From assembly GCA_913054115.1 (NCBI GenBank), contig CAJXIS010000001.1:1-34232 (forward strand): a DNA stretch of 34,232 nt. The letters run 5' to 3'. How positions within the stretch are numbered: the stretch's first letter is position 1; each line of letters starts with the position of its first letter. Shown here piece by piece: positions 33,061-34,232 of this stretch. The stretch is from an uncultured Acidimicrobiaceae bacterium. Lineage in GTDB: Bacteria; Actinomycetota; Acidimicrobiia; Acidimicrobiales; MedAcidi-G1. The position numbers were made by a program, and so were the translations under genes. Under the pieces are notes generated by a model, which saw only the letters and a program-made list of their open reading frames with translations, made no database searches and had not been told where the DNA came from.

Positions 33061-33237
33061 TGCCACACCCACCTCGTCAGTCAGGTCGACACTGACCAGG
33101 TCGACACTGACGTTGAAATCACCGTCACCATCCGGGCCAAGAATACCGGCGGCTTCGACGACAAGACGATCCGAGACGTGACCGAAAACGCCCGAACACT
33201 CAAGTTCGACGACGGCTCAGGATTCAGCGACAGTTAA
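33061..33237 (+). pseudogene. Orphan 3' gene fragment with no start codon; tail resembles C-termini of DUF499-type P-loop NTPases (tentative)
   Basis: Same frame as phnX, directly after its stop: ...VDTDQVDTDVEITVTIRAKNTGGFDDKTIRDVTENARTLKFDDGSGFSDS*. There is no Met/Val start with an SD. The family assignment is from memory of the ...ENARTLKF..GFxx tail only. Confidence 0.4.
33082..33111 (+). repeat. Perfect 15-bp tandem duplication (CAGGTCGACACTGAC x2)
   Basis: Read directly: 33082-33096 is identical to 33097-33111. It encodes QVDTD-QVDTD in the frame of the fragment below. Confidence 0.9.
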
Positions 33238-33239
33238 CT

Positions 33240-34232
<993 letters not shown>

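Noticed and set aside
33082-33111. The 15-bp tandem repeat as a CRISPR or minisatellite array
   Set aside because: There are only two units with no spacers, and it is in frame with a decayed coding fragment. It is interpreted as a slippage or deletion scar.

Overview
High-GC (about 65-70%) actinobacterial-type chromosomal window with two parts. (A) Positions 1 to about 30.6 kb hold one dense, multi-operon, CoA-dependent catabolic supercluster. It encodes 2 Rieske oxygenases (one KshA-like), 2 cytochrome P450s, 2 acyl-CoA dehydrogenases plus one fused two-module ACAD, 3 crotonases, 3 SDRs and 2 amidohydrolase-2 enzymes. It also encodes 3 SnoaL/NTF2-like proteins, an LLM oxidoreductase, an HpaB/AbfD-like protein, a family III CoA-transferase, an acyl-CoA synthetase, a fused E1 alpha-beta TPP dehydrogenase, an orphan lipoyl-domain protein, two tandem PhyH-type dioxygenases, an FAD monooxygenase and a single TetR regulator. 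The strongest non-coding signal is a 27-bp AT-rich inverted-repeat element, TAGrACA-N13-TGTwCTA. It occurs seven times, each in a promoter gap of this cluster, which implies one previously uncharacterised regulon. The half-sites resemble KstR half-sites but the spacing differs. Many genes are translationally coupled through 1-nt (TGATG) or 4-nt (ATGA) overlaps. Oddities are an in-frame TGA at a conserved Trp in the second PhyH gene, a C-terminal-only aldehyde dehydrogenase remnant, and no redox partner for any of the four oxygenases. (B) Positions about 30.6-34.2 kb hold a lower-GC ~3.5 kb islet bracketed by two ~90-bp, ~90%-identical direct repeats. Each repeat consists of the 3' half of an initiator-type tRNA-Met(CAT) plus its downstream hairpin. 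The left copy is a dead fragment and the right copy continues off the window. The islet carries a homocysteine S-methyltransferase-family gene, phnX, an orphan 3' gene fragment, and a 5'-truncated IS6110-like IS3 element, but no integrase. It also has a 20-bp double-octamer (TGTGACAA x2) near each inner end. No CRISPR array or rRNA was seen. All functional calls are from reading the translations and motifs; no database search was possible.
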